NCBI GenBank assembly: GCA_037381915.1
Contig: JARRQJ010000003.1
Span: 3,917 to 67,916 of the forward strand
Length of the DNA stretch: 64,000 bases
DNA from: Gammaproteobacteria bacterium
GTDB lineage: Bacteria; Pseudomonadota; Gammaproteobacteria; DRLM01
Direction: 5' to 3'
The notes below the pieces were generated by a model. The model was not told the DNA's origin. It was given only the letters and a program-made list of their open reading frames with translations, and made no database searches. Shown piece after piece: positions 21,778 to 31,714 of this stretch (positions are counted from its first letter, which is position 1; each line of letters opens with the position of its first letter). The position numbers were made by a program, and so were the translations under genes.

Positions 21778-23034
21778 ATGAACGGATTTACTTTCGTATT
21801 TTTGACCTTCGTCCTGGCCACCAGTGCCGTTCATTTGTGGTTGGCGGGCCGCCAGCGCCTCAGCGCCCTGCGCCACCGCCAGCAGGTGCCCGAGGCCTTC
21901 CGCGGCCAGATCGACTCGACGGTACATGAAAAGGCGGCCGACTACACGGCCGCAAAGATGAGACTGGAGCAAGTCGACGTCGTCATCGGCGCAATGCTGG
22001 TATTGGCTTGGACGCTGGGCGGCGGCCTGAACGCCCTCGCCGCCGCGTGGGACATGAGCGGCTGGGGTGCCGTCGCCGCAGGCACCGGCCTCGTTATCAG
22101 CGCGCTACTGGTGATGGCTCTCCTGGACATGCCCATGGATATCTACCGCACCTTCGTCGTTGAAGCCAAATTCGGCTTCAACCGCACGACCCCCGCTCTC
22201 TACTTCAGCGACACCGTCAAACAGGGGGTGATCTCCCTGTTACTGGGCACGCCGATCATCGCCATATTATTGTGGCTGGTCATGCACGCCGGCGCATGGT
22301 GGTGGGTCTACGGCTGGTTGATATGGACTGCGTTCACCCTGGTCATGCTCTGGCTCTACCCCACCCTGATCGCACCCCTGTTCAATCGCTTCACGCCCTT
22401 ACAGGACGAGGCCCTACGCGAAAGGATCGTCAATTTGCTGAAACGCTGCGGTTTCAATAATGGCGGCATCTTCGTCATGGACGGCTCAAAACGCTCACAA
22501 CACGGCAACGCGTACTTCACGGGTTTCGGCACCAACAAGCGCATCGTCTTCTTTGACACCCTGTTAAAGAGTCTCCAGCCCGACGAAATCGAAGCCGTGC
22601 TGGCTCATGAGCTCGGCCATTTCAAACACGGACACGTACGCAAACGTTTCATACTGATTACCGTCACAAGCCTGGTGGCCTTTGCGATCCTGGGGGCGCT
22701 GGTCAACGCACCGTGGTTCTACAGCGGACTCGGCGTCCGGCACCCTTCCTACGCCACGGCCCTGGTATTGTTCCTGCTGATAATGCCGTATTTCTCCGCC
22801 GTGATGAAACCCGTCTCATCGTACTGGATGCGCAAACATGAATTCGAGGCCGATGACTACGCCGCTGCCCAGACCAATGCGCGCAATCTGATCCACGCGT
22901 TGGTGAAGCTATATCAAGAGAACGCCGCCAGCTTGACCCCGGACAGTCTCTATTCGGCTTATCACGACTCCCACCCACCCGCGCCGATCCGGATTTCGCA
23001 TTTGGCCGCCAAATCGCCCGCGCCTGCCCCCTAA
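21778..23034 (+). CDS. M48-family (Ste24/HtpX-like) zinc metallopeptidase, integral membrane
   Basis: Multiple TM segments and the HELGH zinc motif (AVLAHELGHFKHGH), followed by ...EFEADDYA. The start was taken at ATG 21778. Confidence 0.85.
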   Translation: MNGFTFVFLTFVLATSAVHLWLAGRQRLSALRHRQQVPEAFRGQIDSTVHEKAADYTAAKMRLEQVDVVIGAMLVLAWTLGGGLNALAAAWDMSGWGAVAAGTGLVISALLVMALLDMPMDIYRTFVVEAKFGFNRTTPALYFSDTVKQGVISLLLGTPIIAILLWLVMHAGAWWWVYGWLIWTAFTLVMLWLYPTLIAPLFNRFTPLQDEALRERIVNLLKRCGFNNGGIFVMDGSKRSQHGNAYFTGFGTNKRIVFFDTLLKSLQPDEIEAVLAHELGHFKHGHVRKRFILITVTSLVAFAILGALVNAPWFYSGLGVRHPSYATALVLFLLIMPYFSAVMKPVSSYWMRKHEFEADDYAAAQTNARNLIHALVKLYQENAASLTPDSLYSAYHDSHPPAPIRISHLAAKSPAPAP

Positions 23035-23054
23035 GCGCGACGATCCGCAAATCC

Positions 23055-24044
23055 ATGGCAAGGCATATCCCGTTACGTCGTGTCAAAAGCAAACGGCGCC
23101 GCCCGTTCCGGGAGGATCTCTCCGATGCGACAGCGGGAAAAAATGGCCTGATCATCTGCAATTACGGACAAACTCTGGATGTGGATGACCAGAGCGGCCG
23201 CATTCATCGCTGTACGACCCGCAGTAAAATCGATAACCCGGTATGCGGTGACAGGGTCCTATGGCTGCCCGCCGGCCGCGATCAAGGTGTGATCGTCGCC
23301 TTACAGGCTCGTCAAACCCTGTTGGCGCGGCCCGACGGCAACGGCACCCTGAAGCCGATCGCGGCCAATGTGGATCGGCTGATCGTCGTGACAGCGCCGC
23401 GTACGGACAACGATTCCGGCCGCACTAGCGACGGGGACCCGCCCATCGACACCTCCTTGGTGGACCGCTATCTGATCGCGGCGGAACTCAGCGGCATCCA
23501 CGCCCTGATCGTCGTCAACAAGATCGATCTTTTATCGCCAGCGGATTTGGCGCGCGCCCGACTGTTCATGGAGACTTATCAAGACATCGGATACCAAGTG
23601 CTGTTCACCACCGCCAAACACAGCCCGGCCGCCGAAAAATTGCTCGAGGCGCTCAAGGCCCATACCAACGTCTTTTGCGGCCCGTCGGGGGTGGGAAAAT
23701 CATCATTGGTAAAGGCCGTGCTGCCGGATCGGGATATCCGCATCGGGGAAGTATCCGCCGCCGGCGGCGGTCGCCATACCACCACACTGACCACCTTCTA
23801 CCGCCTGGAACAGGGCGGCGCCCTCATCGACTCCCCCGGGGTCCGCGATTTCGGCTTGTGGCACGTCGACGCGGTGCAAATCGCCCGGGGTTTCACGGAA
23901 TTTGGCAGGCACGCCCCGGATTGCCGCTTCAGCGATTGCATCCACCTGCACGAGCCCGGCTGCGCGGTACGGCGGGCGGTAGAGGCGCAGCAAGTAAGCG
24001 CCACACGCCTGGCCAGCTACCGGCGCATCATCGCATCGCTGTAA
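23055..24044 (+). CDS. rsgA: ribosome small-subunit-dependent GTPase A
   Basis: Circularly permuted GTPase motifs (VVNKIDLL...; FCGPSGVGKSSLV; ...DSPGVRDF) and a C-terminal zinc knuckle CRFSDCIHLHEPGC. Confidence 0.93.
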   Translation: MARHIPLRRVKSKRRRPFREDLSDATAGKNGLIICNYGQTLDVDDQSGRIHRCTTRSKIDNPVCGDRVLWLPAGRDQGVIVALQARQTLLARPDGNGTLKPIAANVDRLIVVTAPRTDNDSGRTSDGDPPIDTSLVDRYLIAAELSGIHALIVVNKIDLLSPADLARARLFMETYQDIGYQVLFTTAKHSPAAEKLLEALKAHTNVFCGPSGVGKSSLVKAVLPDRDIRIGEVSAAGGGRHTTTLTTFYRLEQGGALIDSPGVRDFGLWHVDAVQIARGFTEFGRHAPDCRFSDCIHLHEPGCAVRRAVEAQQVSATRLASYRRIIASL

Positions 24045-24052
24045 CACTAGGC

Positions 24053-24502
24053 CTAGGCCTCTTTCGAATCCGGGTCGTGCAGCACCTTGCCCAACCAGTC
24101 CTGATTATCCACTACGTCCGCCAAGGTATAGCGGTCCAGCACCGTGAGGAATGCCTGTTGCGCCTCATAGAGCGCATTCTTCAGAAAACAGGCGGTGGCG
24201 ATGGGACAGGTATTGCGCTCGCGATCGAAGCATTCCACCAAGTGGAAATTCACTTCGGTATGCCTCACCACGTCTCCGATATTTATCTCCGCGGGGGGGC
24301 GTGCCAGGGTGATGCCTCCGCCCCGGCCGCGGCTGGTATGTATAAACTCCTGCGTAGCCAGATTATGGACCACTTTCACCAGGTGATTCCGGGAAATGCC
24401 GTAGCTTCGCGCTATGTCGGTAATCGTCGCCATCCGCCGGGGATTGATCCCCAAATAGAGGAGCACCCGCAACGAGTAATCGGTATACAGCGTCAATTGC
24501 AT
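24053..24502 (-). CDS. Rrf2-family transcriptional regulator (NsrR/IscR-like, three conserved Cys)
   Basis: MQLTLYTDYSLRVLLYLG....ATI.DIA..YGISRNHL.KVV..L......HTSRGRGGGI.LARP, and a Cys triad C-x7-C-x5-C (ECFDRERNTCPIATAC) suitable for an Fe-S cluster. Confidence 0.88.
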   Translation of the reverse strand: MQLTLYTDYSLRVLLYLGINPRRMATITDIARSYGISRNHLVKVVHNLATQEFIHTSRGRGGGITLARPPAEINIGDVVRHTEVNFHLVECFDRERNTCPIATACFLKNALYEAQQAFLTVLDRYTLADVVDNQDWLGKVLHDPDSKEA

Positions 24503-24528
24503 AGCGTGCCTTCTATGGCAGCAGAACT

Positions 24529-24951
24529 CTAATGAACCATCACCAAGACCGCGGCCTTGACCGACTCCGGATCCACCAATAATAGCGCCGTTGCGACCAC
24601 CAGTCCCCGTACCAGGAGAATCGCCTTGGCCTGGCTGCGGTGCTCGCCGCGGGCTTCATGACTGCCGCCGAAGATTTTCCGCGCCGTCTGGATTTGCAGA
24701 AAATACAAGGCGTACAGGGTCAGCACCAGCCCGAAATGCATCCAGATCAAAAAGGAAAATATCTCCGCATGGACAATGAGGCGCTTATACCAATCATGGG
24801 TCAAGTACAGATAAAAGGGAAACAGTATGTCGACGACGACCATCACCACCATCACCGGCACATGGAACCAGCGATAGCGCGCATAATAATAGGCGGCGAG
24901 CATCAACGCGTAGGTGGCCAATACAAACCATACCGTACCCGCCGTAATCAT
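24529..24951 (-). CDS. small integral membrane protein (about 4 TM), unknown function, probably co-transcribed with the Rrf2 gene
   Basis: 140-aa ORF with four long hydrophobic stretches. Its stop is 26 nt upstream of the Rrf2 start on the same strand. Confidence 0.55.
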   Translation of the reverse strand: MITAGTVWFVLATYALMLAAYYYARYRWFHVPVMVVMVVVDILFPFYLYLTHDWYKRLIVHAEIFSFLIWMHFGLVLTLYALYFLQIQTARKIFGGSHEARGEHRSQAKAILLVRGLVVATALLLVDPESVKAAVLVMVH

Positions 24952-25047
24952 GATGTTTTCACGCCATCGTCCTCGCGCCGTTGAAGGGTGTGACGGGGAC
25001 CATTGCTGAACAACACTCCATTTTATGTTATATGCCGCCGCTGCACA

Positions 25048-25653
25048 TCAGATCGACTTTCGTCCGGCGAAGGCATGGGACAGAGTCCCGCCGTCGATGT
25101 ATTCCAGTTCGCCCCCCAGGGGCACGCCATGGGCGATGCGGCTGGCCTTGATGCCGCGCGAGTGCACCATCTCGCTAATATAGTGGGCCGTGGCCTCCCC
25201 CTCCACCGTGGGATTGGTGGCCAGTATCACCTCGCCGATCCCGCCGCCGTCCAAGCGGTCCGCCAATTGCTCCAGGCCCAGTTCCTCGGGACCGATGCCG
25301 TCCAGGGGGGAAAGATGGCCCATCAACACAAAATACAAGCCACGATAGCCGGTGGACTGATCGAGGGCCTGGACGTCCACCGGTGATTCCACCACGCACA
25401 ACAGGCTGTGGTCGCGTTGCGCGCTACCGCATAGGGGGCAGAGTTCCTGTTCGGTCAGCGTCCGGCACATCTTACAATGTCCCACGCGTTCCAGCGCCGC
25501 CGCCAAGGCCTCCGCCAGGCGACGCCCGCCCTCGCGATTATGCTGCAGGAGATGATAGGTCATGCGCTGCGCCGACTTGGGCCCGACACCGGGCAGGCAC
25601 CGCAGGGCCTCCATCAATTGCACGATGAGCGACTTGTCGCGCACCAAGCTCAT
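25048..25653 (-). CDS. recR: recombination protein RecR
   Basis: HhH ([16 protein letters not shown]), C4 zinc finger ([16 protein letters not shown]) and a Toprim domain. It directly abuts ybaB. Confidence 0.96.
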   Translation of the reverse strand: MSLVRDKSLIVQLMEALRCLPGVGPKSAQRMTYHLLQHNREGGRRLAEALAAALERVGHCKMCRTLTEQELCPLCGSAQRDHSLLCVVESPVDVQALDQSTGYRGLYFVLMGHLSPLDGIGPEELGLEQLADRLDGGGIGEVILATNPTVEGEATAHYISEMVHSRGIKASRIAHGVPLGGELEYIDGGTLSHAFAGRKSI

Positions 25654-25977
25654 TTAGAAGGGCATCTTGAAGCCGGCGGGCAGACCCATGCCCGAGGTGA
25701 GGCTGGACATCTTTTCCTGAGTAGTGCTCTCCACCTTGCGCACCGCGTCATTGACCGCGGCGGCCAGCAGATCCTCCAGCATCTCCTTGTCCTCCTGCAG
25801 CAGGCTGTCGTCGATCGTCACCCGCTTCACGTCATGGCGACCGGTCATCACCACGCTCACCATCCCGCCGCCGGCCTGCCCGGTCACTTCCATTTCCGCC
25901 AGTTCCTGCTGGGCCTTTTGCATGGTCTCCTGCATGCGTTGGGCCTGCTTCATCATATTCCCGAGCCCACCTTTCAT
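25654..25977 (-). CDS. ybaB: nucleoid-associated protein YbaB/EbfC
   Basis: 107 aa. [24 protein letters not shown]......G.AGGG.V.V...G......V.ID....ED.EMLEDL. Conserved dnaX-ybaB-recR order. Confidence 0.95.
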   Translation of the reverse strand: MKGGLGNMMKQAQRMQETMQKAQQELAEMEVTGQAGGGMVSVVMTGRHDVKRVTIDDSLLQEDKEMLEDLLAAAVNDAVRKVESTTQEKMSSLTSGMGLPAGFKMPF

Positions 25978-26009
25978 ATTTACCTCCTCATCATGACTTC
26001 AACGATCAT

Positions 26010-27617
26010 TCAATCCACAGGCCGGATAGAGTCCGGCACGATACGGGCACCAAACATCTCTTGCAGGGTTTTCACATGGCTATCCTGGGCAATGGCCTCC
26101 TGGGCCGACCGCAGACGGTCCTGGGAGGCGCGTTCCTGCAAGGCCACCGGGGTCGCTCCGGCCGGCTGGGTGACGTTAAACAGCAATTTAACCTTCTCGC
26201 CCAAATACGCGCTCAATGCCTCCTGCAGGCGTTCTTCCAGTTTGGCGTTGCGCAGTGAGGCGTGCGCCGGGGCCAGCGCCAAATGAAAGGTATTGCCTTC
26301 GCGGCGGATCAAGGCGCAATTCCCCGCCAATGCGCGAACCACGCCCTGCAAGGGCAATTGTTCGACCAATTCGTGCCATTGCACATCTTCCCGGGCGGCC
26401 TTGGCGGTGCTGCGAGACTCGGACGAAACGGCGCCGGGTCGGGCCGCTGCCGCAGCCCGCTCCTGGCTAGAGCCGGCACGCAGCGTCGTTTGCCGCGAAG
26501 GCGGGGCTGCGTCCGGCTTGCTGCGCGCCGCCTCCACGGGACGGAAGGCGAGCATCCGCAACATGACCATTTCGAAACCCAGGCGCGGCGACGGCGCAAT
26601 CGCCAGGTCGCGACGACCGAGCAGGCCGATCTGATAGAAAAGCTGTACATCCTCCGCACCCAAACTCGCCGCCAACCGCCCGATCGCCGCGTCGTCCATG
26701 CCCTCGTCCACGACCGCACCCGGCACCGTTTGTACGACCGCGATTTGATGCAGCACCGCCAGCAACTCCGCCAACACGGCGTCATAATCCGGGGCGAATT
26801 CGTTTAAATCCGCAATGTGCCTCAACAGGGACTCGCCGTCCGCCACCGCCAAGGCATCGAGCAGATGCAGCACGCGGCCTTGCTCGATGGTGCCGAGCAT
26901 TGCCTGGACTTCGTTCTCCATTACTTGACCACCGCCATAGGCGATGGCTTGATCCAGCAGGCTGAGGGCATCGCGCATGCTACCGTCGGCGGCGCGGGCA
27001 ATGTGCTTCAGGGCACCGAGGCTGGTGCTGATGTTCTCCTGAGCGAGCACCCGCTCCAGATACTCGCGGATCATTTCCGGCGGCAGGCGCTTGAGGTTGA
27101 ACTGCAGGCAGCGCGACAGGATCGTCACCGGCAGGCGTTGGGGATCGGTGGTGGCGAGCAGAAATTTGACGTGGGGCGGCGGCTCTTCCAAAGTCTTCAA
27201 CAGGGCATTGAAACTATGGGTGGAAAGCATGTGCACCTCGTCAATGAGATATACCTTGTAGCGGCCGCGCGTCGGCGCATACTGCACATTCTCCAGCAGG
27301 TCGCGGGTATCCTCCACCTTGGTGCGGGATGCGGCATCCACCTCGATCAAATCCACGAAGCGGCCCTCGTCGATCTCCCGGCACGCGCTGCATTGCCCGC
27401 AAGGCGTGGCGCTGACCCCTTGCTCGCAGTTGAGGGACTTGGCGAAAATGCGCGCCACGGTGGTCTTCCCCACCCCGCGCGTACCGGTAAACAGGTAGGC
27501 GTGATGGAGCTGCTGGCGGTCGAGGGCGTTGATCAGGGCCTGCAGGACATGCGCCTGCCCCATCATCTCGGCGAAGGTGCGGGGACGCCATTTCCGCGCA
27601 AGGACTTGATAACTCAT
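26010..27617 (-). CDS. dnaX: DNA polymerase III subunit gamma/tau
   Basis: The start ATG at 27617 gives MSYQVLARKWRPRTFAEMMGQ.HV...L. Walker A GTRGVGKTT, Zn module CGQCSACREI, and Walker B YLIDEVHMLS. Confidence 0.95.
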   Translation of the reverse strand: MSYQVLARKWRPRTFAEMMGQAHVLQALINALDRQQLHHAYLFTGTRGVGKTTVARIFAKSLNCEQGVSATPCGQCSACREIDEGRFVDLIEVDAASRTKVEDTRDLLENVQYAPTRGRYKVYLIDEVHMLSTHSFNALLKTLEEPPPHVKFLLATTDPQRLPVTILSRCLQFNLKRLPPEMIREYLERVLAQENISTSLGALKHIARAADGSMRDALSLLDQAIAYGGGQVMENEVQAMLGTIEQGRVLHLLDALAVADGESLLRHIADLNEFAPDYDAVLAELLAVLHQIAVVQTVPGAVVDEGMDDAAIGRLAASLGAEDVQLFYQIGLLGRRDLAIAPSPRLGFEMVMLRMLAFRPVEAARSKPDAAPPSRQTTLRAGSSQERAAAAARPGAVSSESRSTAKAAREDVQWHELVEQLPLQGVVRALAGNCALIRREGNTFHLALAPAHASLRNAKLEERLQEALSAYLGEKVKLLFNVTQPAGATPVALQERASQDRLRSAQEAIAQDSHVKTLQEMFGARIVPDSIRPVD

Positions 27618-27702
27618 GGAAGGTGAATTCCCGGTATCGATACTGTAACTACCCCGGCATTGTACCCAATTTGCGGGAACAGCGCGCAATGAATGCGGCA
27701 GT

Positions 27703-27820
27703 GGGCGGCGGCTCGAACCCGCCCGACCCCGGCGCCCGAATCCGCTGCTGCCGCTGCTCCCTTCCGGGCCTGACGGGGTTCACAGCGTATCGTCGCGGGA
27801 GGACCGGCCCGAGCCACCAT
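27703..27820 (-). ncRNA. ffs: signal recognition particle RNA (4.5S RNA); ends approximate (+/-5 nt)
   Basis: The reverse complement reads GGUGGCUCGGGCCGGUCCUCCCGCGACG...CCCCGUCAGGCCCGGAAGGGAGCAGCGGCAGCAGCGG...GGGUUCGAGCCGCC. The core GUCAGGCCCGGAAGGGAGCAGC matches the conserved domain IV of E. coli 4.5S RNA (GGUCAGGUCCGGAAGGAAGCAGCC). The 5' GGUGGCUCG pairs with the 3' CGAGCCGCC. The position upstream of dnaX is common. Confidence 0.8.
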
Positions 27821-27966
27821 TGACTGTCGCCGCCCGCCCGGCATTCTATCCGCTGCTCGCGCCCGAGCACCGCAGGCTTCGCGACTGACAGAGCGCGGAG
27901 TCTACTACAAACCTCAGTGGATTGTAATTCCGGCCGCCCGGATTTCTCCGGTCGACCGACGCACAT

Positions 27967-29310
27967 CTAGTCCTCGAAGAAGAATTTCTCTTCACCGAAA
28001 GCCGGTTTGAGATCGGATAACCACGTGGCGTGTTCATCGTAGGCGGCGAAAAACGGGCGCTGGACCCAATCCGGATTGCGGCCCTGGATAAAGCGGCAGA
28101 CAAACACCTTTTCTCCGGCGACTTCTGAGACGCCCTGGATCTCCACCTTGCCGGAGGTCGCCGACATCGAAGGACCGCGTACCGTGCGTGACAATCCCGA
28201 GACCTGTTTGATCGCCTCACGGTAAATATCCCAGGCGCGGGACAGGGGCACCTCGAAATAATGCTTGGCCCCGGTATCCCGTTCGACGAACATGTAATAC
28301 GGAATTATCCCCAAGTGGGTTTGAGTACGCCACATCTTGCCCCACACATCCGGGTCATCGTTAATATTCCTGATCAAAGGCGACTGGCTGCGCAGGATGG
28401 CGCCGGTATCCCGCAGGCGGCGGATCGCCTCGACTGCTAGCGGGGTTTCCATCTCGCGCCAATGGTTGAAATGGGTCATGATCGCCAGGTGTTTGCCCGC
28501 CCTGACCAACCTGGCGAACAGCTTGAGCAGGTCGTCCGCGTCGCCATCGGTCACGAAGCGCTGCGGCCAGAATGAAATCGCCTTGGTGCCGATGCGGATG
28601 TTCTGGATATGTTCGAACTCCTTACCCAGCAAGGGCAGCAAATATTGCGTCATGTGCTTGCTCTTCATGACCATGGGATCGCCGCCGGTCACCAGCAGGT
28701 CGCTGATGCCCTTGTGACTGCGTAAATATTGATGCAGGTGTGCGGTCTCGTTGCTGGAAATGCGCAGTTCCTTATCACCGACAAACTGGGCCCAGCGGAA
28801 ACAGAAACTGCAGTAGCTGTGACAGGTCTGCCCTTGGCTGGGAAAAAACAGCACAGTTTCGCGGTATTTGTGCTGCATGCCCGGTAGTGCCTCATTGTTC
28901 AGAGTGGGCACGTTGAGATTCTTCTGTCCGGCCGGGTGCGGATTGAGTTTATCGCGGATCCGCGCTGCGGCCCGCTTGATTTCCAGTTGGCCCGCTCCCG
29001 ACTTCATCACCTTCGCCATGGCCTCAAAATCCTCGTCGGCCAGCATGCCCGGCTGCGGGAAAGTGAGTCGGAAGATAGGGTCACCCGGGATATTGGTCCA
29101 GTCGATCAACTCATCGATCACATACTGGTTCACCCGGAACGGCAGTACATTGGCGACCACGTGCATGGCGAAGCGCTGTTCTGCGGGCAACCGCCGCACT
29201 TGGGCGATGTCATCGATGTGACGCTCGGTATATACCTTGAAGCGCTGTGGTTCGTTAAACAGCTCCTCGAATTCATTGCGCTTACGATAAAACTGCAAGA
29301 TTTTACTCAT
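27967..29310 (-). CDS. KamA-family radical SAM protein (lysine 2,3-aminomutase-like)
   Basis: 447 aa. Radical SAM cluster motif CHSYCSFCFRW (CxxxCxxC), then ...DLLVTGGDPMVM..., as in KamA/EpmB-type aminomutases. Confidence 0.85.
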   Translation of the reverse strand: MSKILQFYRKRNEFEELFNEPQRFKVYTERHIDDIAQVRRLPAEQRFAMHVVANVLPFRVNQYVIDELIDWTNIPGDPIFRLTFPQPGMLADEDFEAMAKVMKSGAGQLEIKRAAARIRDKLNPHPAGQKNLNVPTLNNEALPGMQHKYRETVLFFPSQGQTCHSYCSFCFRWAQFVGDKELRISSNETAHLHQYLRSHKGISDLLVTGGDPMVMKSKHMTQYLLPLLGKEFEHIQNIRIGTKAISFWPQRFVTDGDADDLLKLFARLVRAGKHLAIMTHFNHWREMETPLAVEAIRRLRDTGAILRSQSPLIRNINDDPDVWGKMWRTQTHLGIIPYYMFVERDTGAKHYFEVPLSRAWDIYREAIKQVSGLSRTVRGPSMSATSGKVEIQGVSEVAGEKVFVCRFIQGRNPDWVQRPFFAAYDEHATWLSDLKPAFGEEKFFFED

Positions 29311-29823
29311 TGTTAGCTACTCCCGCTTTTTTAAGGCGTAGTAACTGCGGCTTACGGCTGGATTGACGACAATGCCTCGCGGGCATTTTTGTAATCGCCT
29401 GGGTAGCGTGGTCGCTCCTATGGCAACACGCACAAGCCCCAGTTGTGGCACACATCGCCGTTGCGGCGATGTGAATGTACTCCGCCAGCCCGCACGGGGC
29501 GGCGAAACGAAGTCCGCGACGCCATCAAGGTGCGCAAACGACGGAATCCCCGGCTACACGGGGGCGGACAGGGTAACAAGAACGGCGGTTTACGTCTACA
29601 GCGCTCCATTTGGAAAACGGGAAAATCGAAAAGCCGTTTCTCCCCCTGGCAGCCTCGTGTCGCCGCTTCTGCTCAAACCGATGTATGCCGTGCGATGACA
29701 GGGAATCATCGTCGCGCCATACCGCACCCTCTCAAACCCGCCGGGCAGACTGCCGCCGGTGTCGGTAGCTTTAGTGAGGCATGGTATCATCCTCGCAGTC
29801 CACGCCAGCGGAAGGATATCCGG

Positions 29824-31506
29824 GTGAAATTGCAACGCATCTTGGCCACGGTCGCGCTATTGCTCTACATGTCGAGTGGCTGGTCTTCCGCCATTGCCGC
29901 CGACCGCACGCCGCAAGCCGCCATTGCCAGCGCCCATCCTCTGGCGACGCGTGCGGGCATGGAAATCCTCGCCGCCGGCGGTAATGCCTTTGATGCCGCG
30001 GTGGCGGTAAGCGCCGCCTTGGCGGTGGTGGAACCCAACGCTTCCGGACTGGGCGGCGGCGGATTCTGGCTGCTGCATCGGGCCAGCGATGGCCGTGAGG
30101 TTATGATCGACGGCCGGGAACGGGCACCCTTGGCGGCGCATCGCGATATGTATCAGGACAAAAACGGTGCGGTCATCCCCGGTCTTTCGGTGAACGGACC
30201 GCTCGCCGCGGCTATCCCGGGCGAACCCGCCGCCCTGGTCCACTTGGCCCGGCAATACGGTCGGCTGCCCTTGGCGAAGAGTCTCGCCCCGGCCATTCGC
30301 CTTGCCCGGGACGGCTTTCCCGTAGACGAACATTATCGCAGGCTGGCGAAATTCCGCCTCAAGGTCCTGCGCGCCTCGCCGGCCGCGGCGGCGGTATTTC
30401 TTGAGGATAAGCGGATTCCCCCTCTGGGCTATCCCATCAAACAACCGGACCTGGCGGCGGCGCTCACCCTTTTGGCGGAGGACGGAAAGAAAGGCTTCTA
30501 TGGCGGAAAGCTCGCGGCCCGACTGGTCGCGGGTGTGCGGGCCGCAGGGGGGATCTGGACCAGTAAGGACCTGGCCGCCTACCGCGTGGTTGAACGCACG
30601 CCACTCAAGGGGCAATACCGCGGATTGCATATCACCTCGGTACCACCCCCCTCCTCCGGTGGCGTCGTACTCCTCACCATGCTTAATATACTCGGCGGTT
30701 ATGACCTGAAGAAAATGGACGCAATCACCCGTACCCACGTAATTGTCGAAGCCATGCGTCGCGCCTACCGCGACCGCGCCGAGTATCTCGGCGACCCGGA
30801 TTTCGTCAGGATGCCCATCGCGCGGCTCATCAGCCCTTTGTACGCCGCGGGCCTGCGGGCCGGCATTCGTCTCGACAAGGCCACCCCCAGCAGCTATTTG
30901 CCCGGGACGGCTTCCCACCGCCAAGGCGTCGACACCACGCATTTTTCCATTCTGGATAAGGAAGGCAATCGCGTGGCGGCGACCTTGAGCGTCAATTATC
31001 CCTTTGGATCCGGTTTCATGCCGCCGGGCAGCGGGGTCATCCTTAATGACGAAATGGATGATTTTTCCGCCAAACCCGGTGTACCCAATGTCTACGGCCT
31101 GGTGGGCGGTGACGCCAACGCCATCGCCCCCGGCAAACGGCCGCTGTCGAGCATGACCCCCACCTTCCTGGAGGATGGAAAGAAAGTGGTAATACTCGGC
31201 ACGCCGGGCGGGTCGCGGATCATCACCATGGTCTTGCTCGCCACTTTGGATATTGCCGCGGGCGGCGACGCCGCGTCCGCCGTGAGCGTCAAGCGTTTCC
31301 ATCATCAGTTCCTGCCCGATGTCGTCCAATATGAACCCGGCGCCTTGACGCCCGCCGTCGTCGCCGGCCTGCAGGCGCAAGGTTATGTGCTCAAGGAATT
31401 GGGACGCAGCTACGGCAATATGCAACTGGTCTGGTGGGATAAGGTCCATCACCGCGCCGAAGCCGCCAGCGACCCTCGCGGCGGGGGCCTGGCGTTGGTC
31501 CGGTGA
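29824..31506 (+). CDS. ggt: gamma-glutamyltransferase
   Basis: A GTG start at 29824 (GGAAGGA 8 nt upstream) gives a signal peptide VKLQRILATVALLLYMSSGWSSAIA. This is followed by ..ASAHPLATRAGMEILAAGGNAFDAAVA...EP..SGLGGGGF..., the autoprocessing site ...DTTHFSILD, and ...GTPGGSRI. Confidence 0.9.
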   Translation: MKLQRILATVALLLYMSSGWSSAIAADRTPQAAIASAHPLATRAGMEILAAGGNAFDAAVAVSAALAVVEPNASGLGGGGFWLLHRASDGREVMIDGRERAPLAAHRDMYQDKNGAVIPGLSVNGPLAAAIPGEPAALVHLARQYGRLPLAKSLAPAIRLARDGFPVDEHYRRLAKFRLKVLRASPAAAAVFLEDKRIPPLGYPIKQPDLAAALTLLAEDGKKGFYGGKLAARLVAGVRAAGGIWTSKDLAAYRVVERTPLKGQYRGLHITSVPPPSSGGVVLLTMLNILGGYDLKKMDAITRTHVIVEAMRRAYRDRAEYLGDPDFVRMPIARLISPLYAAGLRAGIRLDKATPSSYLPGTASHRQGVDTTHFSILDKEGNRVAATLSVNYPFGSGFMPPGSGVILNDEMDDFSAKPGVPNVYGLVGGDANAIAPGKRPLSSMTPTFLEDGKKVVILGTPGGSRIITMVLLATLDIAAGGDAASAVSVKRFHHQFLPDVVQYEPGALTPAVVAGLQAQGYVLKELGRSYGNMQLVWWDKVHHRAEAASDPRGGGLALVR

Positions 31507-31714
31507 ATCAAAGCACGGTGTTGTGCATCCGGACACCGACCGGCATCGCAACTCGGTTCTTAGCGACGCCTGTCACCCGTTAGGACTACCCACCCCGGCG
31601 TTTTCCCTCACCCCTCGCCCGCTGCGCGGCGACAAAGTTAAACCGTTTTCAGCGCATGCGTTCTAATGACTATATTTCTCTTCGCGACCATTCGCATCCG
31701 GAAAGGAGACTGAC

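Noticed and set aside
26010-27617. Programmed -1 frameshift site in dnaX (A AAA AAG, as in E. coli, producing the gamma subunit).
   Set aside because: Scanning the plus strand of the gene for CTTTTTT (the complement of AAAAAAG) by eye found none. A non-canonical mechanism cannot be excluded, but there is no evidence for one here.
29857-31551. Very long antisense or alternative-frame ORFs. Examples are the 564-aa ORF opposite ggt, 50385-51206 opposite putA, 38551-39576 in another frame of yeiH, 36538-37305 opposite ppk2, 43620-44399 opposite jetA, 1082-1717, 25477-26286 and 26817-27626.
   Set aside because: Their translations are Arg/Gly/Ala/Pro-rich and carry no motifs. Each lies inside a gene whose own translation has clear family signatures. 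Long stop-free shadow frames are expected in high-GC DNA.
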